64,000 nt of DNA from positions 108,376,001 through 108,440,000 of the forward strand of contig OX597820.1 in the NCBI GenBank assembly GCA_951406725.2. The letters run 5' to 3'. The position numbers and the translations under genes were made by a program. The notes under the pieces are model-generated. The model searched no databases. It saw nothing but the letters and a program-made list of their open reading frames with translations, and was not told where the DNA came from. This document shows positions 13,774 to 28,570 of this stretch, piece by piece (the stretch's first letter is position 1; each line of letters opens with the position of its first letter). This DNA is from Octopus vulgaris (lineage: Eukaryota).

Positions 13774-13898
13774 CAATATATATACTGAACTTTACAGAAG
13801 TTCCTGCCGGTAATCGGCTATATTTACATACCGAATTCTACCAGTAAATAATTGTGGTCTTTTTTTAAAGACCATTATAGAAATTATTTACCCTTTAT

Positions 13899-13951
<53 letters not shown>

Positions 13952-14004
13952 AATATATATATAGTTGTATATATATATATATATATATATATACAAATAT
14001 ATAT

Positions 14005-14038
<34 letters not shown>

Positions 14039-14093
14039 ACAAATATATATATAGTTGTATATATATATATATTTGTATACAAATATATATATA

Positions 14094-14137
<44 letters not shown>

Positions 14138-14286
14138 CGTTTAAATATTTGTTGTGCAGGATTTTTTTATGTGAAGTCGTGTGTTGAAACAGATATTGTT
14201 ATATTTCGGAATGGTCATAATGACACCAAATATATAGTGTGTGTGTTTTTATTGGCTAAACTGGCAATATGACCATTCCGATTTAT

Positions 14287-14330
<44 letters not shown>

Positions 14331-14356
14331 ATACATATATATATAGATGTATATAT

Positions 14357-15345
14357 TGTTACGTACCTGCCGTCGCTCAACTTGAACTCGGGACCCTAAG
14401 TCGAGTGACAACGACGACCACGCTCAGTCAAATGGAAATCCACCACAGAAAGCGGGGGTGGGCAGCGAACGCAAGCCAGAAACTAGAGATAACAACAACA
14501 ACAGGAAGAGAGAGACAGCGGAAGGCAGTTGCTTATATTTAACAACAATTTATACAATTGTTACAGCATCAATCAAAACGTAATACATTGCAGATACATT
14601 AAAGAAAAACATTTAACAAATCGTACAGAGTTAAAAAGAAAAGCAACAACCAATGCATGCACAATACACAACGTCTGAAAACGATCAGAACAATGTTCAA
14701 CACAATAGAGTTCGAAAACAGTCCAAATTAAAGTCTTTCTCTTCTCTTTTTACAGTTCTTTTTGACACGTTTCAATAGATTACAGTTTATGTCACAATGT
14801 TCTTTTCCCTTCTTTTTCTTTCTTTTCCACAGTTCTTTTTCCTTTTTGTCAGTCTTTCTGTTTTTTTAAACACAACTCACAAGTTCTTTTCTCTTTTCTT
14901 TTACATTTCACATCAACATCCAAAATTCAGCAACAAAAACATAAACAAACATTACCACACGTTCTGAGTCTGCAACAATTTCAGCTCCTACTACAAATAT
15001 TCATGCCTTCTCGCTGTAATCTTCCTCTCACTCCCTTATCCGCTCCGGTCACGGTCTGGCTGACTGTCTCTGGTCAACTCTCTGTTGCCAACTCAACTCC
15101 TCTCGGCAACTCTCTCTCGCCAACTGACTAACTAACCCCCAGCTCGCCGCATTTTAAAGGGTGGTAGATTTATTTTTTTCTTAAACCTTGCTTGACCGGA
15201 TAAGGGTCAGAGGTACTTTCCATCCTCATTAATTTCCCTTACCGGTGACAAGACAAAGCTCCATAACTTCTTTCGCCAGTCCATCTGGCACCAACCAGCA
15301 GAAACTGAGTCATAACACTTTTTCTTCTACTGACCTCGCCTAACA
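14357..15345 (-). mobile_element. Solo LTR-like element
   Basis: TGTTA...TAACA termini, flanked by ATATAT on both sides; diverged inverted homolog at 26463-27442. Confidence 0.75.
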
Positions 15346-15389
15346 ATATATTTGTATACATATATATATATATATATATTTGTATATCT

Positions 15390-15778
15390 CTCTACTCTTT
15401 TTACTTGTTTCAGTCATTTGACTGCAGCCATGTTGGAGCACCGTCTTTAGTCGAGCAAATCGACCCCGGGTCTTATTCTTTGTAAGCCCAGTACTTATTC
15501 TATCGGTCCCTTTTGCCAAACCGCTAAGTGACAGAGACATAAACTCACCACCATCGGTTGTCAAGCAATGCTAGGGGGACAAACACAGACGCACAAACAT
15601 ACTCACACACACACATAATGATGACGGGCTTCTTTGAGTTCCCGTCTACCAAATCCACTCACAAGGCTTTGGTTGACCTGAGGCTATAGTAGATACATGC
15701 CCAAGATGCCACGTTCTGGGACTGATCCCAGAACCATGTGGTTGGTCAGCAAGCTACCTAACACACAGCCACTCCTAT
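15390..15778 (-). mobile_element. tRNA-derived SINE (family A)
   Basis: Matches 3045-3465. Confidence 0.85.
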
Positions 15779-15862
15779 ATATTTGTATATATATATTTAT
15801 ATATTTATAAAAAAGAAGTTTGAAAACGTCACTATATAGGATAAATTTAAATTTTCTTAGAG

Positions 15863-15910
15863 ATTCTACATGTTTCGGTTCTTCTTGAAAAAACAAACCT
15901 TATCAAAAAT
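15863..15910 (-). ncRNA. Minimal type I hammerhead, U3-A8 core variant
   Basis: Minus strand reads ATTT-TTGATAA-GGTT...AACC-GAAAC-AT-GTA-GAAT. Confidence 0.6.
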
Positions 15911-16339
15911 ATTTTAAAAAGTTAAGTGTAATAAAAAAGTTCATAATTGTTTCTTACTAGTCTCAAAAGTTCACATGGTGGTGTTTTGTTGGGGGGAGCA
16001 TAATGGCTGTCTTGTGCATTGACTAGATTCGTTGGCTGTAATCGTGAAAATGACAATTGGCCATAATGGCAGTAGTAGCAGAGACCATTAATTGTAGTAG
16101 TAGTATTAGTAGTAACCATTCTGCCAGATCAAGATTGGAGCCTGGTGCAGCCATCAGGCTCGCCAGCCCTCAGTCAAAAACGTCCATGGAAAGCGGACGT
16201 TAAACGATGATGATGATATATATATATATTTATATGTAGATATATATATTTATATGTAGATATATATATTTGTAGATATATGTATATTTGTATATATGTA
16301 GATATATATATGTATGTATTGTGTATATATATATATGTG

Positions 16340-19300
16340 TGTGTGTGTGTGCTACAAATCTGACCTATCAACATGTGGAAAGGGTAACTGCTGAACAACA
16401 ATCTTTTTTGTCATAGCACAAAAGATTGTACAGCAGCTGACCTGGCTATATCAATCTCACAGATGGGACTATCCCCAATACACAAGATCACCACAGCAAA
16501 TAGACCCAAGGTGGGCACCACTGGCAACAACACACATCACATCAGTGCTCTTACTGAACATCAGAGGACTGTTAACACTTAGTAACAGGACAAAAATCCC
16601 TTTCTTGAGAGACCTTGTTGCATGCAATCAAGCCTTATGCATAGCACTTACAGAAACACACCCGAAACCAGATATAGCAAATGCAGAAATACACATACCA
16701 CAGTATGTTGTATTACGGACCGACAGAAAAGAAAGGAGTCATGGTGGAGTTGCTATGTACAACCGCAAAGACCTCACACCCCAGGTCCTTTTGTCACACT
16801 CAAATTCAGTGACACACTAATTGTACATATAAGGCAACTCAGTGTAGTTATATGTGCTACATATCACCCTCCAGATGCTCCAAGTCATGTAAGCAAGTTT
16901 GAAAACTGCCTTACAAAAATAGAAGTTCTAGTCACATTAGAACAACACATAAGTGTACTTCTTATGGGAGACTTCAATCTGCACAATGTCAGATGGCCCG
17001 AGGGCCTTTCTCTCTCAGGAATGACACAATGTGAACAAGGACAGGTGAAGTCCCCTCTGAACCTCATCAACACTGTATATGGAGCAAGTAATACTCCAAC
17101 CAACCAGGGCAGGTAACACACTGGATCTCTGCTTCACAAATAATATGGATCTCATCCATAATGTGAAAGTTACATTGACACTACTCTCAGATCACAACAC
17201 GGTAGAGCTGACCATGTACGGGCCAAAGGAAAGCATGGACATGCAGCCTACTAGAAACTCTCAGAATCTTTCCAGCTTGAACTTCCATAAGGCAAACTGG
17301 AAACAAATTGAGAAAGAGAGCCTCAAACAAAACTGGCCTAAATGTCTCTCCTCATCGGATATCAACATGAAACTTCAGCAATTCATGTCTGTAATGCAAG
17401 CCATATGCTACAAATGTGTCCCAGAGAGAAAAGCCACTGTATACAAAAACAAAATCCCCAGGGAGAGGAAAATTCTTATGAGACGGCGTATAAAAGTTTC
17501 AAATCGCCTAAACAAACAAATTGAAAGCAGTGAAAATACAACTGCTGGAGATTGAAAAAATTCTGCAACTCTCCCATAAAAAAGAAAGAACAGACAAAGA
17601 AGCCTGGGCTATAGACAGCATAAAATCTAACCCTAGAGCTTTCTACAAGTTTACCAAAGAAACAGCTGCAGTGCACTGCAGCATAGGGCCATCCTTGAAA
17701 AAGATGGTACACTCACAGGAAGCCCAATGAGGATAAGTGAAATACTAAATGAGCAATTCAAAAGTATCCCCCCCCCCGGACTACTTGCATGTCAGCAATC
17801 TGACTGACTTTTTTACTACTGCAGATATAAAAACAGAGGCAATGATGATCGATTACATCAATATAAAGGAAGACGATATAATAAGAGCTATAGATGAAAT
17901 GAACCCAAACTCAACTACTGGCCCTGATAAATTCCCAGCAATCCTTCTAAAAGCATGTAAGAGAGTCCTAGCAAAACCACTGCAGTTCCTCTTTCAGAGC
18001 TTCCTTGTAACTGGCAAACTTCCAAGAAAACTGAAGGAGGGTAAAATATGCCCTATTCATAAAGGATGTAGCAGAGCGGAGACCAAGAACTACAGACCTA
18101 TCTCTCTGACCTCACACATCAGCAAGGTCACGGAACGAATAGTCAGAAGAAAATGACTTGCTGCCTGACATCCAACATGGTTTCCAACCAGGTAGAAGCT
18201 GTCTGATTCAGCTCTTACAACACTATGACTGGGTGCTGAAACAGCTGCTCAACCACTCAAATGTGGAAGTGATATATCTCGACTTTGCAAAGGCCTTTGA
18301 TAAAGTCGATCATGGAATGATATGTCATAATCTGCTTGATCTTGGCATAGTTGGATAATAGGGAGAATGGCTTCATGACTTTCTGAAGGATAGAAGTCAG
18401 GTGGTAGCAGCCAATGAGGCCACCTCCAATGACATGCAAATAGTGAGCAGTGTTCCACAAGGCACTGTTTTGGGACCACTACTGTTCAGAATGGCCCTCT
18501 CAGATATGCCCTCAGCCATGCAAAGAGCCACGATCACAAGTTATGCAGATGATAGAAAAGTTTCACTGGTAATACAGAACCCTGAAGACACTATGCACCT
18601 GCAATGTGAGCTGGACGAAATATACAAGTGGGCTGAAAAGAATAGCATGCAGTTCAATGCTGAAAAGTTTCAAGCTTTATGCTATCAGCATGCAAAACTA
18701 AATGCAATACCTATTAAATACACTTGACCTGGAGGGATTGCAATCCCAGAGGCACAATCAGTGCAAGAGCTGGGTATTTACACAAGTAATGATGCAACCT
18801 TTCATGTGCATGTTGCTAAATTGGCAATGAAATGTAGGCGGCTGACCGGATGTATTCTTAGAACCTTTAGAACAAGAGATCAGGAAACTATGAAGGTCCT
18901 CTGGAGGACACTTGTCCTAAGCCACTTTGACTATTGCTCTCAGCTATGGTCACCAACCAGTGTCAAATTAATCTCAGGACTTGAGGCAACCCAACGAAGC
19001 TACACGAAGCAGATAGCCTCTATGCAGCATATAAGCTATTGGGAAAGACTCAAGAGATTAAGACTCTATTCCTTAGAGCATAGGCAAGAAAGATATGCCA
19101 TAATATACATCTGGAAGATCTTGGAAGGACTTGTCCCAAACTTTGGCATCGAGAGTTACACAAATACTAGAACTGGGCGCCACTGCATCGTGCCAAGGAC
19201 TCGAAATTTGCCATCATGATTTGGGACAATATACTTCAAGAGCCTGAGCTTCAGAGGACAACAGCTCTTCAATATCCTTTCGAAGAACCTGAGGGACCTG

Positions 19301-19536
19301 CATGGGGTGGATGTAGGTGTCTTCAAAATAAAACTGGACCGCTTCCTGTGAAGTGTCCCAGGTGAGCCAACATCACAACAGGAGGTGCTGATGAGGGCAG
19401 TGGCATCAAACTCCCTCATGCACCAAAGGTCAATTCTTAAAAAAGCATCCGTGAGATAAAATTATATAGCAATAGCAAAGGCGATGCCCCAGCATGGCCA
19501 CAGCCCATGAGCTGAAACTAGATCAAATCAAATCAA
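16340..19536 (+). mobile_element. CR1/Jockey-group LINE: ORF2 pseudogene (APE endonuclease and RT)
   Basis: LLNIRGL, ALTETH, MGDFN, LSDH, NYRPISLTS, YLDFAKAFDKV, VPQGTVLGP and YADD motifs with frameshifts; (ATCAA)n tail. Confidence 0.93.
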
Positions 19537-19669
19537 GTCATATATTTGTGTATATATATATATATTTTTATTTGTATATATACATTTGTATTTATATATA
19601 TATGTATATATATTTACGTTTATATATTTGTTTTGCAAGATTTTTGATGTGAAATCGTGTGTTGAAACA

Positions 19670-19941
19670 GATATTGTATTTAGGAACGGTCATTTTGCCA
19701 ATTTAGCCAATAAAAACACACGCACTATATATTTGGTGTTACTTTGCTTCAGCATTATTCATTTTTACATTAATCTTAATCTTGTTTCGGCCAGGAGTAT
19801 GACAAAAGAACTCTGGCTGAAATAAGATTAAGATTAATGTAAAAAAATGAATAACGCTGAAGCAAAGTAACACCAAATATATAGTGTGTGTGATTTAATT
19901 GGCTAAACTTGCAAAATGACCATTCCTAAATACAACAATAT
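19670..19941. repeat. Hairpin element in TA microsatellite (internally deleted relative at about 14190-14295)
   Basis: Arms of about 125 bp are imperfect reverse complements centred near 19804. Confidence 0.85.
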
Positions 19942-19973
19942 ATATATTTATTTGTATATATACATTTGTATCT

Positions 19974-20023
<50 letters not shown>

Positions 20024-20263
20024 ATACATTTGTACATATATGTGTGTGTGTATATATATATATACATATATGTATATATGTACATATATGTGTGTGTGTA
20101 TATATATATATACAAATGGCGGTGCCCCAGCATGGCCACAGCTCATTAGCCGAAACTGGAAAAATCAAAATCAATCATATATACACACACACACATATTT
20201 ATGTATATTTATGTGTGTGTGTGTGTATATATATTTATATATATATATATACATTTGTATATA

Positions 20264-20298
<35 letters not shown>

Positions 20299-20340
20299 CA
20301 CACACACACACACACATATTTATGTATATTTATGTGTGCA

Positions 20341-20386
<46 letters not shown>

Positions 20387-20869
20387 TTTATTGACATAGA
20401 GTTAGAGGTTGTGAATCCAACCAACTAAGGATAGTATCTATCCAATATACTGTTGTTAGAATACACAGGTGTTGGTTATTGCATGGTAATTACACTACTG
20501 ATTATAGTAACTGGGCGAGTGTAATAAGTGTTTTTACCCTTAATTTATATGGCAAAAAGAAAATGGAGGGAATCCAGAGGTAGTATTCATCAGCTGTTTA
20601 ACATTATATTATGTCTATTTATTTATTTAAAACAGTTCTAATAATATATATACATGTATAAAGTACTAGTAATTTCTAGAAAAGAGAAAAAAGAGCAGTT
20701 TCTTACTGCTGTTTCTGCCAAGAGGTCACAGTAACCCTCATGTTATTTCCATCTTTTGAAATCTATCCTCTAATGAAGAAATGTTTAATAAAGACAAGGA
20801 AAAATACAACATAGCACTAAAAAATGCAGGATATAAAGGTAAAATTAAATATCTCCCAAGGAATATTAA

Positions 20870-21089
20870 CCCTTTAGTGTTTAAACCGGCCATACCAGGC
20901 CAAAATTGTCTACCTGTTTTATGCTCAAACCAGCCAGCTCTGACATCTCACACCTACCCTACAAAGTCATTATAAAAATAAACAGGGACATCATTGAAAT
21001 CTCAGAGCTACAAGATGCTGTACAATTAATTTAAAACAATGTGATTAAACAGGCTTTACATTTGACAGAATAATCTGAATGCTAAAGGG
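20870..21089. mobile_element. piggyBac-type MITE
   Basis: TTAA|CCCTTTAG...CTAAAGGG|TTAA; decayed copy near 46235-46460. Confidence 0.85.
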
Positions 21090-21999
21090 TTAACTATAGT
21101 AGCCAGGATAGAGCAACTACCTCTAGCCCCCAAAATGTGGACGACTGTAACTCTACCAAAGATAAATATAAATACAACAATAGAAATATTAGAAATGCAA
21201 TAAAGCGACACATAAATAATAATAGCCATAATAACAACAACAATAATAATGATAATTATTATAAAATTGTTAATAATAATAATAATATTAATTATTAAAG
21301 CAAAAATAGGAATAATAACAAACAATACCCATAATGTAAAAACCTCAATAAGGGAAATAATGAAATTGATACTCTGTTGTTAATCATCCCTTTTGCTATG
21401 CAAATTAAAAATGACATAGTTAAAACAATTTTTCGATTAATTAACAAACACTTTACAAAAGAAAAAAACAAATATTGGGAGATAATCAATAACAAAACAA
21501 TAAAAATATGATATAGTCTAACACATAACCTGGCTACCATCATCTCAATTAACAATAGAAAACTGGATACCTATCTAAGTAGAAAAAATAACAGAAATGA
21601 TACATAGACAAGTAATAATAATAATGATAATAACCGTAATAATAATAATAATAATAATAGAAATTGTGCTCTTGGTAATGATGATGATGATGATGATGAT
21701 GATAATAATAATAATAATAATAACAGCAACAATATAAATGAAAATAATAATATTATTTTAACCAATAGTAATAATAATAATAATAATAATTATTATTATT
21801 ATACTATTACTAGTAATCACAGTAGTAACAACAATAATAACATTATTGGTATCAACAATAGCCACAGTACCAATAATGTAATGACTATCCGCTCCAATAA
21901 TATAAACCCCACACAGCTACATAAAACATGTAATTGTAGAATCAGCAGTAATTGTGTATTCAATGATAACTGTATTAGAAAGGAAGTAATGTATCAATG

Positions 22000-22541
22000 T
22001 AGTTAGTTAGTTAGTTAGTTAATTTGGCTCAAAAGCAAATAGCAAGGCCATGTAGGGGGACATGGAGTTAAGTACAGGGTGGTGTTCATGTAAAGAGTTC
22101 AGGCCACTTGAAGTCAAGGGAGGCTTTGAACAAAGCGGTCGTCGGCATCTTCACCATCTCGTCTAGCAGCTTGTTTCACGGATCCGCAACCCGGACGGAG
22201 AAAGCTCCTCTCCTTCGATTGAGATGAAATCGTCGCAGGTAGAGCTTTTCGGAATGACCCCGCAGCCGACGCTCTGGAGCAGGAGTGAAGAACAGCTTTT
22301 GCGAGAGGTTACACTTTCCGCTTATGATGTTGTGGGCGAGAATGAGATCACCACGGCGGCGGCGTTTTCAAGAGAATAAAGGTCGAGCGTCCTCAGCCTT
22401 TCTTCGTAGGACAAATTTTTGAGACCATGAACCATGCGGGTAGCCAGCTTCTGGACTCTTTCGAGATGCTGTATGTCTTTGAGGAGATAAGGAGAAGAGG
22501 CTTGAATCCCATACTCCAATATGGGTCTCACCAGCGTGACA
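22000..22541 (-). mobile_element. 5'-truncated CR1-like LINE
   Basis: LVRPILEYG...LERVQKLATRMV...YEERL...LYSLE; (TAAC)n tail. Confidence 0.9.
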
Positions 22542-23125
22542 TAGTAAGTACACAATCTGATAGTAAGTTATATGTGGGAATGACCAAAAACAATATGAAA
22601 CCGAGGCTGAATCACCACAGGTATACTTTTAGAAATAGAAATAGGAAGAATACTACAGGATTAAGTGACTATATATGGGAAGTAAAGGATGGGGGAATTA
22701 ACTACAATTTACATTGGAAAATCGTTACAACAGCACCGGTGTATAGTACTAGAAATAGAAAATGTATATTATGTATTAATGAAATTTCCTTTATAATTAA
22801 AGCCAAACTTCCGCTTATAAATAGTCTTAATGAATGAAACGATTCCTATCTTAATAAAACTAGGCATACCTTCTCCAAATAGCACTAGCATCTAATATTC
22901 AAACCCCTACTGACATAATATTTATTTGTGTTGTTCTTGTTGCTCTATTACATCGTATACTTTATATGTACAGGCGTATAAATGAAAGTATGTAGTGAGT
23001 TAGTTATGATTGTGTGCATATATACATGTATGTGTGAGTATATATATTGCCATTATTTTTGTACGTATATCTGTATGTGTATATGTATATGCACACACAT
23101 ATGTGTATGCACGCATGTATGTATA

Positions 23126-23164
<39 letters not shown>

Positions 23165-23562
23165 GTATGTGCATACGTGTATTTGTGTGTGTATGATATA
23201 TGAAGTTCAGGATGAGGATTTGGACTGGGTTGGCAATGTGTATGTGTATGTATATATATATATATATATTGGAGTAAACGCATTAACATAGGTATAGAAA
23301 TACATATCTGATTAGTACTCTAATCGGAGTATTTGTGGATTTATGGATATACTTATGTTGTCATGTAAGTGGACATATGCATGTCCACTTAGATGCGTGT
23401 GTATGCATATGCGAGGAGTTTTAGTGTATAGGTAAAGTCAAGTATAGTTGTGCATATAGAATTTTGTACACGCATAAATTATGGTGTTAATATATATCTG
23501 ATTAGATTTAGTATTAGAACACTTGGAGATCAGTAGATATACTTTAGAATCATACCTTCTCT

Positions 23563-23601
<39 letters not shown>

Positions 23602-24461
23602 GTATGTGTGTGTGTGTGTGTGTATACCTATAATTTATTTAATTTAATTTATCTACTTTTATTTGAAATGGTTGGAGCAAGAGTACAAACAGATATGGAA
23701 ACCAACACCCTGCCATTATGGTATACAAATGCTATATTTTTCCACACTCATAATGATGATAATAATAATAAAGTATACACAAACATGGCTTAGGCAATGA
23801 CATTAATATACCTTAAACAAATACACATAGACTAGCTCATCTTTTATAATAAAATTAAACAATTAAATTACAACCCAATTGGAAGAAATGCCTCATAGTA
23901 TTTTGCCTGATACTCTAACAATTTCCCCAGGAAGTCAGAGATTGGCAAGTTTGAGCACTGTGCTAAATGCTGCCTGTTTTGATTTCAAATTGAAGTTCTA
24001 ATATGGTGCACTTGACATAAGGAGCTAATATACTAAGTACCAGTAATATATTGTGGTTAATTCAACTGACAATACTCCACCTCTGTAATAAGTGGTCTTC
24101 TCTCTATTAAAAAAAAATCATTCATATGATAATTTTTATTAATGTTATTTTTTTTTCTGAAAATTAATTTTATTCAAGCCTTGAATGAGACCACAATTTC
24201 CTTTATGAATTCAAACCTAGCTTGCATCTTGGCTTATTGATTTTGTAAATATCAGTAGTAAAGTGTTTGAAAAAGGTGGCCTAAATATTGTAGAATAGTC
24301 TGAAAGTGATGCTGAGACACTTGTCACTTCTAGCATCTATTGAAATTCCATTTATTTGTGGTCTACAGAATCTGTAACTCTGCTCTCGATACCAGTGATC
24401 AACTGCACGCACAAGCATAACCTTGCTAGTTATTTGACTGTTTTTGGCAACTCCATCGATC

Positions 24462-24569
24462 ATGTGGGTAGCAAGACTGCTTCAATTTCCTGTAGCTCCC
24501 ACTTCCCTCCGGCTATTTCTGCGATGTCTCTCATCTGATCAGTATTGGTCTACTGCTAACACTGTACAG
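24462..24569 (+). CDS. HARS: Candidate alternative 5' coding exon of HARS encoding a mitochondrial targeting presequence (MWVARLLQFPVAPTSLRLFLRCLSSDQYWSTANTVQ)
   Basis: ATG follows an in-frame TGA; 36 codons end at a phase-0 donor CAG|GTATGT, compatible with the phase-0 exon at 35763. The peptide is Arg/Leu/Ser-rich with no acidic residue in the first 25 aa and contains RCL|SS. An assembly gap lies between this exon and the rest of the gene. Confidence 0.65.
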
Positions 24570-26234
24570 GTATGTCTAGTCAATTAAACTTCAAAACTCT
24601 TGTGATCTTCATTTGATTTAATTAATTTGTTATAATTTAGAGTGGCATTTTGAATATTTCACTAGTATGATACTTGGTGTTTTCAGCTCTGATGAATGTT
24701 GAAATGACCCCTGTGGGTAAAACATCTATTAGTGCAAATGAGTATGTTTTATGTCATACTAAACAGACTTGTCTGGGAGAAAGAGATTTCAAGCCTATGT
24801 TGCCCATTTGTGTTCAGTGGACAATTCAGCTTTGTAAATGTTGGCTGTTTTATATATTTAATGGAGAGAAACTTGTAGAATATATTATGTTGCTGATGCT
24901 TCAAATTCCATTGAGATCATCCTTTCCTTTCATCCTTCCAGAGTTAATAAAATAAAGTATTAATCTAGTGGGGGGGCGGGATTTAAATATGTTCTTGTAC
25001 ATGTTGAAATATTTTTCTTTATTTTGTGATGTGATTTGGTAGCTGGAAATTGAAAAAAAGCACTGTTCATCATCACCATCAATTAACATCCATGTTCCAT
25101 GCTATCATGGATTGGATAGTTTGACAAGATCTGATGGGCCCAAGAACAGTATTGGGTTCCAGTGTCTGGTTTGGTATGGTTTCTGCAGCTGGTTATCCTT
25201 CCTAATGCCAATCATTTTATAGTGTATGCTGGGTGCTCTTTTTTGCACCTATTGAGGTCACTATACTGCTTGCATGACTGAGCCATGGTGGAAAGAAAGA
25301 AGTCTCTTTATACTGGAAGAATGAGAAGTAAAAAGGATTAAAGTTTGAGAGGAAAAGGAGGCAGAGTAGAACAAGTTTGTTGCTGTAGGAGAACTATATA
25401 ACTCCTGGCACTGGAAAGCAGAAAAATAATGGTGATGAAGAGTCAGAGTGGACCCTCAAGGTACAAAGTGGGTAAGACTAGTATGATAGAGGTACTAGGA
25501 GTTAGTGGGGGAGTAGATGAAGTCTGATAGTGCAAATTGGCAGAATAAAAATGATACATTAAATGGGAGGATGAAAAAGAGATGACATGCTGTTGGGTAG
25601 GCTGCAAGAAGAGAGAGAAGCAGGCACAGTGGAGGCAGATGGAGTGATATACATACATATATTTATTTTTTATGTATATATATGTATATATATATATGTG
25701 TATATATATATATGTATATGTATGTATATATATATGTATGTATATATGTATGTATATGTATATATATATGTATGTATATGTATGTATATATGTATGTATG
25801 TATATATGTATATGTATATATATATGTATAATATATATATATATATATATGTATAGTATATATATATGTATATATATATATATATATATGTATGTATATA
25901 TATATGTATATATATATATATATATACTATGTATGTATATATATATGTATATATATATATATATATCTATGTATGTATATATATATGTATATATATATAT
26001 ATATATATCTATGTATGTATATATGTATATATATATATCTATGTATATATATATATGTATGTATATATATATGTATATATATATATATATATCTATGTAT
26101 GTATATATGTATATATATATATCTATGTATATATATATATGTATGTATATATATATGTATATATATATGTATGTATATATATATGTATATATATATGTAT
26201 GTATATATATATGTATGTATATATATATATGTAC

Positions 26235-26297
<63 letters not shown>

Positions 26298-26314
26298 TAT
26301 ATGTATATATGTAC

Positions 26315-26377
<63 letters not shown>

Positions 26378-26397
26378 TATATGTATATATATGTATG

Positions 26398-26428
<31 letters not shown>

Positions 26429-26462
26429 GTGTATATATATATATGTATATATATATGTATAT

Positions 26463-27562
<1,100 letters not shown>

Positions 27563-27682
27563 ATATATATATATGAAGTTAATCCAAACAAGAAAACACA
27601 GAAAAAAAGAGAAAAAAACACAGCAACGCAGGACGTGGAACAATTAAAGTATTATTGATGTTCAGGAAAGAAGGGAAGGAGG

Positions 27683-27717
27683 GTTTAACGTTTCGAGCGG
27701 AGCTCTTCGTCGGAAAC
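27683..27717 (-). ncRNA. Minimal hammerhead-like motif with extra A after A9
   Basis: Minus strand reads GTTT-CCGACGA-A-GAGC-TCC-GCTC-GAAAC-GTT-AAAC; decayed copy at 11240-11274. Confidence 0.5.
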
Positions 27718-27799
27718 AAGGAGAAGGAAAGATCCCAAGAAGGGAAGACAGAGGAAAACTTATTTGAGCTGGTGGTGCTCAAGAGATCACATGTTGAAA

Positions 27800-27819
27800 A
27801 TATATATATATGTATATAT

Positions 27820-27888
<69 letters not shown>

Positions 27889-27974
27889 TGTATGTATTTA
27901 TATATATATATATATATATGTATGTATATATATATATATATATATGTATGTATATATATATATATATATGTATG

Positions 27975-28011
<37 letters not shown>

Positions 28012-28038
28012 GTATGTATATATATATATATATATGTG

Positions 28039-28069
<31 letters not shown>

Positions 28070-28141
28070 ATATATATGTGTGTGTATATATATATATGTA
28101 TGTATGTATGTATGTATATATATATATATAATATATGTATG

Positions 28142-28206
<65 letters not shown>

Positions 28207-28211
28207 GTATG

Positions 28212-28310
<99 letters not shown>

Positions 28311-28376
28311 ATATATATATATGTATGTATGTATATATATATATATGTATGTATATATATATATGTATGTTGTATG

Positions 28377-28418
<42 letters not shown>

Positions 28419-28444
28419 TGTATGTATATATATATATATGTATG

Positions 28445-28477
<33 letters not shown>

Positions 28478-28482
28478 GTATG

Positions 28483-28560
<78 letters not shown>

Positions 28561-28570
28561 ATGTATATAT
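27800..28570. repeat. (TA/TATG)n microsatellite; similar tracts at 25670-26460, 30173-30860 and 39215-39575
   Basis: Directly visible. Confidence 0.95.

Larger units (their letters stand above)
20760..22870 (+). mobile_element. Penelope-like element 3' part (Naiad-like) with Asn-rich (AAT)n expansions, interrupted by a MITE and a LINE
   Basis: ALKNAGY; PFAMQIKN...KHF; CNCRISSNCVFNDNC (CxCx5Cx5C); VMY...LYVGMT; RLNHH; CILCINE. Confidence 0.85.

Noticed and set aside
21509-21511. In-frame TGA in the Naiad-like ORF as possible selenocysteine
   Set aside because: It appears to fall at a Ser-type position (K.SYS) in a copy with other stops and frameshifts; no SECIS recognised.
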